From positions 1,888,001 through 1,952,000 of the forward strand of contig CAVTNB010000001.1 of NCBI GenBank assembly GCA_963736005.1: DNA of 64,000 nt. The letters are read 5' to 3'. The DNA comes from an uncultured Pseudomonadota bacterium. GTDB lineage: Bacteria > Vulcanimicrobiota > Vulcanimicrobiia > Eremiobacterales > Eremiobacteraceae. A program made the position numbers and the translations under genes. The first letter of the stretch is position 1, and each line of letters begins with the position of its first letter. Positions 1 to 10,023 of the stretch are shown piece by piece. Under the pieces are notes generated by a model. The model did no database searches. It saw only the letters and a list, made by a program, of their open reading frames with translations, and had not been told where the DNA came from.

Positions 1-664
1 TTCTCCGTTTGCCTACGTGCCCGGTCCAGCTTCGAGTGGAGCTGTGCCGAACACCCAATTCATCGTCCTCGCGCATGTCGGCGTGACTCCAACAAGCCGC
101 GCACTCATAACGGGAAGCTGGGTTGAACTCCAAGGTTATAAGAACAACTTCTGGTGGACCTTGAAGCAGACGTACCAGCCGCTCCAGGCAAATTTGTCAG
201 TCGGCGCCATAGGCGCCAGCTACCAGTTCGGTCCCTCGCTCAATCTCGCGGTGCAAGGCTTGACTCGATTCGGCAACGACCCGACAACGTTGAAAGGATG
301 GACCGACAACAAGGCATTCTGGGGCGTTGTCAATGTGGGTCACACGGCTCAAAAAATCAACAACAACTTCATGGAGCTAGGGTGGATCGGTACTGGCGCG
401 CACTCCGTGCTCAACCCGGAGACGTGGGTCAACGGCACGCCCTTCTACACTTTTTACTATACCGGTCAGGCCAACGACCGTAAGATGGCCTACATCGGGG
501 TGCACCACTGGGTGAGCAATTACATGCGCGTTGGCCTTAACTACCAATATTGGGGGATCAACACGCCACTTCCGTTGTTCTCAGGCACGGGCGTTCCAGC
601 TGGTTCGTACATCATGAACAACGACAACCGCGCGCTCTTTCTGAACACGCTCATGCAATTCTAA
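1..664 (+). CDS. C-terminal part of a probable outer-membrane beta-barrel/porin (5' truncated by window edge)
   Basis: Frame open from base 2; amphipathic aromatic-rich beta-strand pattern; ends ALFLNTLMQF with terminal Phe typical of Bam substrates. Confidence 0.55.
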   Translation, partial: SPFAYVPGPASSGAVPNTQFIVLAHVGVTPTSRALITGSWVELQGYKNNFWWTLKQTYQPLQANLSVGAIGASYQFGPSLNLAVQGLTRFGNDPTTLKGWTDNKAFWGVVNVGHTAQKINNNFMELGWIGTGAHSVLNPETWVNGTPFYTFYYTGQANDRKMAYIGVHHWVSNYMRVGLNYQYWGINTPLPLFSGTGVPAGSYIMNNDNRALFLNTLMQF

Positions 665-670
665 AGGCGT

Positions 671-697
671 GGGGCGATTTTCCAATCGCCCCCTACA
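671..697 (-). repeat. GTAG-type REP palindrome, class A
   Basis: ggggcgatt-ttcc-aatcgcccc followed by ctaca (reverse complement of tGTAG); recurs across the window. Confidence 0.85.
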
Positions 698-731
698 GGT
701 CTGCTGCTACGAGCAGCAAGAACACGCTCCC

Positions 732-1541
732 ATGGCAAGGCCTTGGGAGCGGCTTTTTGTTGGGGCGGCTGGGCTTTTTGCTTGGTGCGTGATCCTCACG
801 CCATTTTCAATCGTGACGGTTCTCATGGTTGCCGCGCTCGCGGGTCAGCAGCGGCCCGATCCGTTGTTCTTTCTGGGGAATCTCGTCGTTGAGCTTTTTG
901 CCACGCTGCTCGTCGGGGTTGTGGGAGCGGTTATCGGCGCCAGCATCGGCATTGGCACGGCCCTGCTCACCCAGGAGCTCGTGACAGGAAGGCTGAGCCA
1001 AGCCATCGGCGCTGCCACTTCGGGTCTCTCAGTGTTTCCAGCCGTCGTGCTGGGCTGGTTCGGCGCGACCCTGATTCTGCCGGCTCTTTCCGGCCACACT
1101 CCGGGCGCCGTTTTTGCTGCCGCCTGCGTGGTGGTGTCCATCGCTGTCATTTCGCGATCGAACGTGCTCGCGGTCCGCTTGCTCGGCGCGCTCGCACCTT
1201 CGGTCCGCGAAGCCGCCGCAGCTGCGGGTGCCGGTGCGAGCCGAGTGACGGCACACGTGACGATCCCGGCGTGCAAGCGGCAATTGCTCGGTATCTATGC
1301 AGATGCGCTGTCCAGAGCAGTTGGTGAAGCAGCGGGCGTTTCCGTTGTGTTCCTGGCCGCTGCGCGGGCCGGATATCCCGTGTCTCTCTTTACGATACCG
1401 AGCTCGATCATGGCGCATGCGCACACGATGCAATTGATCGATGCGGGCATCGCGCAATCAGCGCTTGTGGTTTTGGCCTTTGCCGCGACGAGCAAGATCA
1501 TCGCAGCACGCCGAATTGGGAGCCTCCAGTGGGTCTCGTGA
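732..1541 (+). CDS. pstC: PstC-like ABC permease (divergent)
   Basis: Multiple TM segments, SVFPAVVLGWFG and EAAAAAGA EAA-loop motifs; first gene of a pstCAB-like cassette. Confidence 0.6.
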   Translation: MARPWERLFVGAAGLFAWCVILTPFSIVTVLMVAALAGQQRPDPLFFLGNLVVELFATLLVGVVGAVIGASIGIGTALLTQELVTGRLSQAIGAATSGLSVFPAVVLGWFGATLILPALSGHTPGAVFAAACVVVSIAVISRSNVLAVRLLGALAPSVREAAAAAGAGASRVTAHVTIPACKRQLLGIYADALSRAVGEAAGVSVVFLAAARAGYPVSLFTIPSSIMAHAHTMQLIDAGIAQSALVVLAFAATSKIIAARRIGSLQWVS

Positions 1542-2350
1542 CCGTCGGCACGCCGAAACCGGACACGTTTCGGTCGCGCGACGTGCTTGTCACGGCGCTC
1601 TCGTACATTGCCGGAACGGCCGGCGCGATGGCGTTCGTGGCCGTGCTGGTCGCGCTCGTTGCTCTTGGTTGGCAAGATTTCGCACGAGTGCTTGCGGTGC
1701 CGCAGGGGGCAGGGAGCGCGCTCGCCATTTCGGCACTCGTTCTTGCGATCGCCTTGCCAGTGACGTTTGCGATCGGCCTGTGCGCCGCGGTGTGCGCAAC
1801 GGATCCTAGCATCGGTGGCGTCGCGACTCGCGCGGTGCGTGAGTCCCTGGAGTGGTCGGTAGGCATACCGCCCGTTGTTATCGGCGTGGCCGTTTTTTTT
1901 ACGGTCGTGGCCTTCGTGCACTCATCGGTTGTCGGCGCGGCCGCTCTCGCCCTCATCGTCTTGAATCTACCCAACGCCACTGCCCGTTTGGCACAAGCAT
2001 TCTCGGGCGTTCCCGAAGTGGCGCGCGAAGCTGCAGCGGCCCTTGGAGCCTCGTCTGCGTCAGCGTTTTTTGGGTTGACGCTCCCGCAATCGGCATGGGC
2101 GGTCGCCGCAGTACTCTGTGCTCTCGCTGGGCAGATGGTCGGTGAGACCTCCGCGGTTGTGCTGGCAGTGAGCGCAAGCGGCGGAGCGCAACCACTCTCT
2201 GCCGCGATTTGGCACTTTGCTTCGAATGTGAGCCTAGCTGCGACCGAGGCCGCATCGTGTCTTGTTCTCGTGCTCGTCGTGGCGGCTTGCACGGCGCTGT
2301 CGAAAGATTTTTCCCGCAGACAGCTCGAAACATCGGCGACCAAAACGTGA
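1529..2350 (+). CDS. pstA: PstA-like ABC permease (divergent)
   Basis: GIPPVVIG, REAAAALGAS, GETSAV and QPLSAAIW motifs of Pst permeases; overlaps neighbours. Confidence 0.65.
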   Translation: MGLVTVGTPKPDTFRSRDVLVTALSYIAGTAGAMAFVAVLVALVALGWQDFARVLAVPQGAGSALAISALVLAIALPVTFAIGLCAAVCATDPSIGGVATRAVRESLEWSVGIPPVVIGVAVFFTVVAFVHSSVVGAAALALIVLNLPNATARLAQAFSGVPEVAREAAAALGASSASAFFGLTLPQSAWAVAAVLCALAGQMVGETSAVVLAVSASGGAQPLSAAIWHFASNVSLAATEAASCLVLVLVVAACTALSKDFSRRQLETSATKT

Positions 2351-3126
2351 GCACGCAAGGCGGACCAACGGTCGAGACGAAGCTGGAAGCATCGCAGTTG
2401 CACGTTTGGTTCGGCGATAAGCACGCACTGCGCGGCGTGAATATCTCAGTCGTTGCGGGCAGAACGGTCGCTTTCATAGGGGCATCCAAAAGTGGCAAGA
2501 CGACGCTGCTTCGATCGTTCAATCGGTTGCACGATCTCAATCCGCGAGCGCGGCTGCATGGCAGCGTCAAAATCGACGGAGCTGAGATTTTAGGACCAGG
2601 CGTCGACGTTGCCGCGCTGCGACGCCGTGTCGGAATGACCTTTTCCACACCCACCGTCCTCCCGACATCGATCTTCGACAACGTCGCGTTTGGGTTGCGC
2701 GCAAAAGGGCTGCGCGATCGCATCCTGATCGAAGAGAAAGTAGAGCGTTCGCTGCGTCGGGTGCTTCTTTGGGATGCGGTCAGCCCGCTGCTCGATCGTG
2801 CGCCCTCGGATCTCACCATCGAACAGCTCCAACGGCTCTGTCTCGCTCGCGCGATGGCGCTCGACCCAGAAGTGCTGCTTTTTGACGACCCAACCGCAAC
2901 ACTCGATCCCGTGGCCGGACTCGCCTTCGAAGAAGTCTTCATACCACTGCGCCGCGACCATACCGTGCTCATCGCCACAAATAATTTGGAACAGGCGGCC
3001 CGACTGTCGGACACGACGTGCTATCTCGCCAGCGGTGAAGTCATCGAGAGCGGCGAAACCCCGCTTGTTTTCAGCCGGCCGACGGATACGCGAACCGAAG
3101 ACTTCTTGGCCGGCAGATCGCCCTAA
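2347..3126 (+). CDS. pstB: PstB-like ABC ATPase with degenerate catalytic motifs
   Basis: LLRSFNRLHDL, LRRRVGM, SIFDNVAFG, QAARLSD and RTEDFLAGR are PstB-like; signature, Q-loop, Walker B Glu and H-switch are altered. Confidence 0.75.
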   Translation: MSTQGGPTVETKLEASQLHVWFGDKHALRGVNISVVAGRTVAFIGASKSGKTTLLRSFNRLHDLNPRARLHGSVKIDGAEILGPGVDVAALRRRVGMTFSTPTVLPTSIFDNVAFGLRAKGLRDRILIEEKVERSLRRVLLWDAVSPLLDRAPSDLTIEQLQRLCLARAMALDPEVLLFDDPTATLDPVAGLAFEEVFIPLRRDHTVLIATNNLEQAARLSDTTCYLASGEVIESGETPLVFSRPTDTRTEDFLAGRSP

Positions 3127-3145
3127 AGCCCTCGAGGAGGCCGTC

Positions 3146-4546
3146 ATGAAGCTGGACGTGACGACGCCAGCGCTCGGACCGTTGCGTGCGGATGGCATGC
3201 ACTACTACAACAACGCTCTTGAGACGATTGGCCATACGCCGCTCGTCAAGCTCAACCGCGTCATGGACAGTGCGTCTTGTCTCGTGCTAGCGAAGGTCGA
3301 GTACTTCAACCCCGGCGGATCGGTCAAAGATCGACCTGTGCTTGCGATGATTCGCGATGCCGAAGAGCGAGGATTGCTCCGGCCTTCGGGGACGATCGTC
3401 GAGGCGACATCGGGCAACACTGGGACGGGACTCGCGATGGTTGCGGCCATCAAGGGCTATCGGTGCATTCTGGTCATGCCGGACAAGGTGAGCGACGAAA
3501 AAGTGCGCTTGTTGCGGGCCTATGGCGCGGAAGTCGTGATCACGCCAACAAAAGCGCCCGCCAGCAGTCCCGAGTCTTATTACGGAGTGGCGGCACGCCT
3601 GGCGAGCGAGATTCCTGGCGCGTTTCAGCCCAACCAATTTGCCAATCTGCTCAATCCGCGAGCGCACGAAGAAACAACCGGTCCGGAAATTTGGCAGCAG
3701 ACCACGGGCAAGATCACCCACTTCGTCAGCGGGATCGGAACCGGCGGCACCATTTCAGGCGTTGCCCACTATCTCAAAGCGCAAAACGCCTCGATCACCG
3801 TGATCGGTGCGGATCCGGAAGGTTCCATTTATTCGGGAGATACGGCGAAATCGTACAAGGTCGAAGGCATCGGAGAAGATTTCTTACCCGCAACCGTTGA
3901 CTTGCGAGCGATTGACCGAATCGAGCGAGTTTCAGATAAGGAATCCTTTCTCATGACGCGCCGAGCATGCCGCGAAGAAGGGCTGCTGGTCGGTGGCTCA
4001 TCAGGCACGGCGCTCGTGGCGGCGCATCGGGTCGTCCGCGAGTTGGCGCCCGAGGCGATCGTCGTTGTCCTTTTGCCTGACAACGGCCGCGGCTACCTCT
4101 CGAAGATCTTCAACGATGAGTGGATGCGAACGAACGGATTTCTGGGTGAAGCGGGCCTCGCCGCAACTGTTGGCGAGGTGTTGCGTGCCAAGGGAGCACT
4201 CCCCAAGTTGATTACGGTCTCTCCCTCCGATACCGTCCGTCACGGCATTGAGCTGATGCGCGAGTTTCAGATTTCACAGATTCCCGTTGTGGAGAACGGG
4301 GATATGGTCGGCAGCATCAATGAGGTGGCCGTGATGCAGCTCATCTTCGATCACTCGGACATTGTGCATGCCGAAGTGAAGGACGTCATGGGGCGGCCCT
4401 TCCCGTTGCTCGATGAGAAAGAAGAGGTCAGCCGCGCCTATCGAGAGCTTTCTCTTGGCCACGCGGCCGTCGTGGTGAGTCACGAAGCAAAGGCGATCGG
4501 GGTGCTCACCAAGATGGACATCATCAACTATCTATCGGTGACCTAA
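3146..4546 (+). CDS. cbs: Cystathionine beta-synthase with C-terminal CBS domains
   Basis: NPGGSVKDR PLP lysine, EATSGNTG, GIGTGGT, YLSKIFNDEWM, CBS pair; GAGGAGG RBS. Confidence 0.9.
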   Translation: MKLDVTTPALGPLRADGMHYYNNALETIGHTPLVKLNRVMDSASCLVLAKVEYFNPGGSVKDRPVLAMIRDAEERGLLRPSGTIVEATSGNTGTGLAMVAAIKGYRCILVMPDKVSDEKVRLLRAYGAEVVITPTKAPASSPESYYGVAARLASEIPGAFQPNQFANLLNPRAHEETTGPEIWQQTTGKITHFVSGIGTGGTISGVAHYLKAQNASITVIGADPEGSIYSGDTAKSYKVEGIGEDFLPATVDLRAIDRIERVSDKESFLMTRRACREEGLLVGGSSGTALVAAHRVVRELAPEAIVVVLLPDNGRGYLSKIFNDEWMRTNGFLGEAGLAATVGEVLRAKGALPKLITVSPSDTVRHGIELMREFQISQIPVVENGDMVGSINEVAVMQLIFDHSDIVHAEVKDVMGRPFPLLDEKEEVSRAYRELSLGHAAVVVSHEAKAIGVLTKMDIINYLSVT

Positions 4547-4554
4547 GAGCGCAT

Positions 4555-5694
4555 ATGGATTTTGCAACCAAAGCCATCCACGTAGGCCAAGACGCGGATC
4601 CCACAACTGGCGCGACGATCGTGCCCATTTATCAGACCTCGACCTACACGCAGCGCGCGCCGGCCGAGCATCTCGGTTTCGACTACTCGCGCAGCGCAAA
4701 CCCTACGCGCCTCGCGCTCGAACGCTGTCTCGCGTCGCTAGAAAATGCCAAGCATGGCCTGTGTTTTGCAAGCGGTATGGCCGCGACGTCGGCCACGCTC
4801 AATCTCCTCTCGGCCGGCGATCACGTCGTCGTCACCGACGACCTGTATGGCGGCACGTTCCGGCTCTTCGATAAGGTGCTCAGGCGCTACGGTCTCACCT
4901 TCACCTATGTGGATGCGAGCGACCCTTCCGCGATAGCCGCCGCCCTGGGTGGATCCACGCGCATGGTCTGGCTTGAATCACCATCCAACCCGCTCATGAA
5001 GCTGGTCGACCTGAGTGCAACGGCGGCTCTTTGTAAACCGCGCGGCGTCCTCGTTGTGGTCGACAACACGTTTGCGACGCCGTTTTTGCAAAATCCACTC
5101 GACTTGGGGGCGGACGTCGTCGTGCATTCGACCACGAAGTACATCGGTGGGCACTCCGATGCGATCGGTGGTTTTGCAGCAACCAACCGTGACGATCTCC
5201 ATGAGGTGCTAAAGTTTCATCAAAACGCCGTTGGCGCCGTGCCCGGGCCGTTTGATTGTTTTCTGACGCTGCGCGGCGTCAAGACGCTAGCACTGCGCAT
5301 GCGCGAGCACGATCGCAACGCTGGAGCGATCGCCGCCTTTCTCGCCGAGCGGCCAGATGTCGAGAAAGTGTATTATCCGGGACTGGTGTCGCATCCACAC
5401 CATGACTTGGCAAAACGTCAAATGCGTGGTTTTGGCGGGATGATTTCATTCGTTCCCAGTGGTGGTGCCAAGCGAGCGCGAGCAATCGCGATGGGGACGA
5501 AGCTTTTTTCGCTGGCGGAGAGCCTTGGCGGCGTCGAATCGCTCATCAGCCATCCCGCATCAATGACCCACGGCGCTATTCCCAAGGAAGATCGGGAAGC
5601 GCGAGGCGTTTTAGATTCGCTGTTACGCTTGTCGGTGGGGATCGAGTCGTCGGCAGACCTCATCGCCGACCTTGCCCACGCTCTTAGCGTGTAG
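4555..5694 (+). CDS. Cystathionine gamma-lyase/synthase
   Basis: PIYQTSTY, YSRSANPTR, HSTTKYIGGHSD PLP motif, AESLGGVESL. Confidence 0.9.
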   Translation: MDFATKAIHVGQDADPTTGATIVPIYQTSTYTQRAPAEHLGFDYSRSANPTRLALERCLASLENAKHGLCFASGMAATSATLNLLSAGDHVVVTDDLYGGTFRLFDKVLRRYGLTFTYVDASDPSAIAAALGGSTRMVWLESPSNPLMKLVDLSATAALCKPRGVLVVVDNTFATPFLQNPLDLGADVVVHSTTKYIGGHSDAIGGFAATNRDDLHEVLKFHQNAVGAVPGPFDCFLTLRGVKTLALRMREHDRNAGAIAAFLAERPDVEKVYYPGLVSHPHHDLAKRQMRGFGGMISFVPSGGAKRARAIAMGTKLFSLAESLGGVESLISHPASMTHGAIPKEDREARGVLDSLLRLSVGIESSADLIADLAHALSV

Positions 5695-5714
5695 GGGGCG
5701 ATTGGAAAATCGCC
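5691..5714 (+). repeat. GTAG-type REP, class A (its TAG is the stop codon of the upstream gene)
   Basis: gtagggggcgattggaaaatcgcc. Confidence 0.8.
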
Positions 5715-5720
5715 ACGTTC

Positions 5721-6542
5721 TCAAATTCCCGTGAGCCGCCGGCTGATCTCGGCCGCTTCGCGAGCCACGGCTGACGCGATAAAATCTAAACGTTCCGAAT
5801 CGATGTGCCGCGAAAAGCCTGCAACCCAGAGAATCGCCACGAGTTTGTGTCCGGGGCCCATCACTGGGGCAGCGGCGGCGCGCACGCCGTCCACATACTC
5901 GTCCACGTCGATTGCCGCACCACGGGAAATTGCCTCGTCAATCGAGCGTTCGTACGTGTCCGGGTTGACGATGCTGGCCGCCGTAAACGCCGGCAGCGCG
6001 GATTTGGAAAGAAAGTCTCGACGCTTTTGCCCCTCCCAGGAGGCGAGGACCACCTTGCCCACGGCGCCTGCAAGCAGGGGTATCGAAGACCCAACTGGCG
6101 CGGAAATGGCCAAAGTCGGTCTGCCATGCACGATGTCTAAAATAGTGACGTGATCGTCGGCGGGAACCCCGAGGAAGCTCGTCTGCTCGGTTGCCTCCGC
6201 GAGCCGCTCGAGCGCGTCGCGCGCGCTCTGGCGCAAGTCTGGCTGAATCGCACTTCTCGACGAGAGCGCGGATAGCCGAGGTCCGAGATTGTACTTGCGC
6301 GAGCCGTTGACTGCTTCGAGGACGCCAAGCGATTCGAGAGTGGTGACGAGGCCGTGAACGGTGCTCTTCCCCAACTCTAGCCTGCGGGCGAGTTCGGAAA
6401 CACCAAGCGGCTTGTCAGATCGGCTGATGATGTCAAGAAGTTTGAAAGCTTTGAGAACCGCAGGAACTCTCGCGCTTGTGAGACCATTGGATGAGTTGCT
6501 CTCGGGCGAGGCAGTCCGCTGTCCGTTCGATGACGGGAACAT
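5721..6542 (-). CDS. IclR-family transcriptional regulator
   Basis: HTH LGVSELARRLELGKSTVHGLVTTL; C-terminal GAVGKVVLA and DEYVDGVRAAAAPV; start uncertain (6542 or 6608). Confidence 0.88.
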   Translation of the reverse strand: MFPSSNGQRTASPESNSSNGLTSARVPAVLKAFKLLDIISRSDKPLGVSELARRLELGKSTVHGLVTTLESLGVLEAVNGSRKYNLGPRLSALSSRSAIQPDLRQSARDALERLAEATEQTSFLGVPADDHVTILDIVHGRPTLAISAPVGSSIPLLAGAVGKVVLASWEGQKRRDFLSKSALPAFTAASIVNPDTYERSIDEAISRGAAIDVDEYVDGVRAAAAPVMGPGHKLVAILWVAGFSRHIDSERLDFIASAVAREAAEISRRLTGI

Positions 6543-6652
6543 CCGAGCGGATTTGCGCTTGCCTGCTCCCGAGCCTCTTTCGGCAAGGGCGCACTCTGGG
6601 ACACGCATAACTAGGGCATTTGGGGCCGTTTTGACCCCACGGAGGTTTCCAC

Positions 6653-8104
6653 TTGCAGTTCGAGTCCGAAGCGCAACGGGTCTTGGACACCGCTGCCAAA
6701 CTCGGTGCGGAATACGCCGATGTTCGATTCGGCGAAACTCGCGACGAACACATCGAAGTGCGCAACGGCGTCGTCAGTAGTCTTTCGGACGGTGAGAGTG
6801 CGGGATTCTCAGTTCGCGCTCTCGTCAACGGTGCTTGGGGATTTGCATCGAGCGCCGACATGAGTGACGCGGAGCTCGATCGGGTCGGAGCTCTCGCGGT
6901 GAGCATCGCCAAAGCGAGCGCGAAAGTGAAGGGTCACGGCATATCGCTTGTCCCAAGCAAGGCGTACGTCGATTCGTACAAGACCCCGTTTGAGATCGAT
7001 CCTGCCACGGTCACGCTTGGCGAACGCATCGGGTATCTACTCGCCGCCGAAAAGGAAGTGCGGGCGGCCAAGGGCGTCACCGTCGCGCGGGCGTGGATGG
7101 ACATCTGGCGGACCAACAAATATTTTGCCAACAGCGAGGGAAGCAAAATCGACCAAAGCCTGCTCCAATGCGGCAGCGCAGTCCACGCGCTAGCGGTTGG
7201 CGAAAACGACGTGCAAGACCGTTGCTTCCCCGGCACGGGCGGACTCTACCAAACCGGGGGCTACGAGATCATTCGCAAGGCAAACCTCCTTGACAACGGT
7301 TTGCGAATCGGAGAGGAGGCGGTTGCTCTGCTGAGCGCTGACCAGTGCCCCTCCGGCACGATGGACGTCATTCTTTCAGGCGACCAAGTCTCGCTGCAGA
7401 TTCACGAATCGATCGGCCACCCACTCGAGCTGGACAGGGTCTTGGGATGGGAGGCAAATTTTTCCGGCACGTCGTTTGCGACGCTCGACAAGCTCGGCAC
7501 GTTCCGCTACGGAAGCGAGCAAGTCAATGTGGTCATCGATATGACGTGTCCTCTGGCTCTGGCGACGCACGGGTACGATGATGAGGGCGTGAAGGCGACC
7601 CCAACCTACCTGATCCGCGACGGAATTCTCGTTGGGTACATGGCGGGGCGCGATACCGCGGGCACCGCAAACGTTGGGCTCTCCGGTTGCGTGCGAGCAG
7701 AGTACTGGGGCCGCTTGCCGATGATCCGCATCGGCAATGTGAATCTGGAAGCGGGGAGCGTGCCGGCAGAGCGGCTCTTCGATGACGTCAAGCAAGGCGT
7801 GTACATGGAGAGCAATCGCTCGTGGTCCATCGACGACAAACGCCTCAACTTCCAGTTCGGCTGCCAGCTGGGCTACGAGATCAAGGACGGCAAGAAAGGC
7901 AAAATGCTCAAGAATCCCACCTATGCCGGTATGACGCCGGCGTTTTGGCGTTCGTGCGATGCCATCGGCAACGCGCAATCGTGGGTTGCTTGGGGCACCC
8001 CCAACTGCGGCAAAGGGGAGCCTTTGCAAACAGCGCGGTCGTGCCAAGGGGCCGCGCCGACCCGCTTCCGCAATGTCACGGTGGGGGTCGCATATGGCGG
8101 CTGA
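6653..8104 (+). CDS. tldD: TldD metalloprotease subunit
   Basis: HESIGH zinc motif, YDDEGV, PMIRIGN, CGKGEP; GGAGG RBS before TTG start. Confidence 0.92.
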   Translation: MQFESEAQRVLDTAAKLGAEYADVRFGETRDEHIEVRNGVVSSLSDGESAGFSVRALVNGAWGFASSADMSDAELDRVGALAVSIAKASAKVKGHGISLVPSKAYVDSYKTPFEIDPATVTLGERIGYLLAAEKEVRAAKGVTVARAWMDIWRTNKYFANSEGSKIDQSLLQCGSAVHALAVGENDVQDRCFPGTGGLYQTGGYEIIRKANLLDNGLRIGEEAVALLSADQCPSGTMDVILSGDQVSLQIHESIGHPLELDRVLGWEANFSGTSFATLDKLGTFRYGSEQVNVVIDMTCPLALATHGYDDEGVKATPTYLIRDGILVGYMAGRDTAGTANVGLSGCVRAEYWGRLPMIRIGNVNLEAGSVPAERLFDDVKQGVYMESNRSWSIDDKRLNFQFGCQLGYEIKDGKKGKMLKNPTYAGMTPAFWRSCDAIGNAQSWVAWGTPNCGKGEPLQTARSCQGAAPTRFRNVTVGVAYGG

Positions 8105-9434
8105 GTTTGGCAATCGCGACGCGCTCGAGGCAATCCTTGCGCGCGCGCTTTCCGTCTCCAAGGCGGACCAAACCGAAGCATTGATCGCGGCGAGCGACAA
8201 CTCGCTGACCCGCTTCACCCACAATTTCGCACACGAAAGCGTCTCCGAGCGTAACTGCCAAATGTCGGTGCGAGCGGTGGTTGGCAATCGCACGGGCGTC
8301 GCGGCAAGCAACAAGCTTGATGATGCTGGCATCATCGAGCTTGTCAACCGGGCGTGCGCCATTGCCAAGCTCTCAACGGAGGATGCCAATTTTCCCGGGT
8401 TACCGGGACCCGAAGATGGAGTTGTCGATCTCCCAGGGGCTTTTGATCCGGCAACCGCGCAGGCAACGGCGGATCTGCGCGCTTCGGCTGTGGCCGACGT
8501 GTCTAAGATCATGCGCGTGTACGACCTCTACGCGGCCGGCTACGTGTCGACGCAAACAGATGCGTTCGCCATTGCAAACTCCAAAGGAGTGAAGCGCTTC
8601 TACCGGGGCACAGATAGTGCGATCAACATCAAGGCAATCGGCTCAGATTCGAGCGGCTACGCAGAAGGCTTTTCCCGGCGCTTCGACGATCTGAATCCAA
8701 CGGCGCTCGCCGAGCGGGCCGCAAAGAAAGCGGTTGCGGGAAAGAACCCGCGCGCGCTCGAGCCGGGCAAGTACACCGTCATCATGGAAGCGCCAGGCTT
8801 CCGCGAATTCTTGGGTTATCTTTCCTGGATCGGATTTGGGGCGCAATCCTTCGAGGAAGGATCTTCGTTCATGAGTGGGCACATTGGCGAGAAAATTGTC
8901 GGAGAGAACGTCACCGTGCGCGATGATTTTTCCCATCCGCTTGGGAGTGGCATCCCGTTTGATTTCGAAGGCGTTCCGCGCCAGCAAGTCGCGCTCGTCG
9001 AACGCGGCATTGCCAAGAGTGTGGTGTACGATTCGTATTATGCCGCCAAACTAAAACACCGCAACACAGGCCACGCGCTGCCAGCGCCCAATTCGGATGG
9101 GCCCATGCCGTTGAACATCGTTGTGGATCCTGGCAGCACGCCGCTGGAAGACATGATCAAAGAAGTGCAGCATGGGGTGCTTGTGACGCGCACGTGGTAC
9201 ATACGGCTGGTCGATCAAAAGCAGACGATCATCACGGGTATGACGCGCGACGGGCTCTTTCTTATCGAACGAGGCCGCGTGACCAAAGGTCTCAAGAACA
9301 TGCGCTTCAACGAATCGATCATCGGTGCGTTGGGGCGATGCGACCTCGCGTCAGCGCTCGTGCGATCTGAGAGTCATGTGCTGCCCGCCGTGCGCATCGA
9401 GGGATTCAATTTCTCAAGCGGTACCGAATTTTAG
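8094..9434 (+). CDS. pmbA: PmbA/TldE subunit
   Basis: LEPGKYTVIME, PFDFEGVP, TGMTRDGLFLIE, KNMRFNES; lacks HExxxH; overlaps tldD. Confidence 0.88.
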   Translation: MAAEFGNRDALEAILARALSVSKADQTEALIAASDNSLTRFTHNFAHESVSERNCQMSVRAVVGNRTGVAASNKLDDAGIIELVNRACAIAKLSTEDANFPGLPGPEDGVVDLPGAFDPATAQATADLRASAVADVSKIMRVYDLYAAGYVSTQTDAFAIANSKGVKRFYRGTDSAINIKAIGSDSSGYAEGFSRRFDDLNPTALAERAAKKAVAGKNPRALEPGKYTVIMEAPGFREFLGYLSWIGFGAQSFEEGSSFMSGHIGEKIVGENVTVRDDFSHPLGSGIPFDFEGVPRQQVALVERGIAKSVVYDSYYAAKLKHRNTGHALPAPNSDGPMPLNIVVDPGSTPLEDMIKEVQHGVLVTRTWYIRLVDQKQTIITGMTRDGLFLIERGRVTKGLKNMRFNESIIGALGRCDLASALVRSESHVLPAVRIEGFNFSSGTEF

Positions 9435-9453
9435 TGTGGCAGCGATTCACACT

Positions 9454-9957
9454 CTAACTCGGGGTCGGCAGCGGTCGATGCTGTTCGCCCGGCAACAGAG
9501 GACGCATGACTCCTCTCGTCCCATTGAGGTGCAGCTGGGCTGCGACGGCTGAGACATCGTCGACCAGCGCGCTACCCCGCGCACTCAAAAGACAGCTCAG
9601 GTCAGGCGAACGAGCGTGATTCCAATAGACAAAGAGCGAGGTGCCGAAGGAAGCGCTCTTCATGCACGCCTGGCTTCGGATTTGGTCGAGCGGCGAAGCC
9701 GCAGCCAGATCGGCGAACAGTTTTGTGGCAAGCCGCGTCGCTATCGTACCAGTCGCACGACCTGAGGCTGCAATAAACTCAGCGGTGCCTGCGTGCGTCA
9801 CGACGATGCGATAGCCTGTCGTGTTGGTAGAACCAGTCTGCATGATGACCGCTGCATCTTTGGGAACGGGCAAATACGGCGGAATTCTCGGGAAGGGCGT
9901 CAAGGTTACCGCGCCGAGCTGGATGGCCGCTGCAGCAGCTGCGATTGAAACTTTCAT
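9454..9957 (-). CDS. Hypothetical exported protein
   Basis: Signal-like N-terminus; two Cys (CMKSASFGTS...SPDLSC); no family recognised. Confidence 0.55.
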   Translation of the reverse strand: MKVSIAAAAAAIQLGAVTLTPFPRIPPYLPVPKDAAVIMQTGSTNTTGYRIVVTHAGTAEFIAASGRATGTIATRLATKLFADLAAASPLDQIRSQACMKSASFGTSLFVYWNHARSPDLSCLLSARGSALVDDVSAVAAQLHLNGTRGVMRPLLPGEQHRPLPTPS

Positions 9958-10023
9958 GCCTGAGAAACGCAGGCGCGCGCCGAGACGTTCCATAAAACCT
10001 TTCCACCAGTGTTCGAAAGCTTG

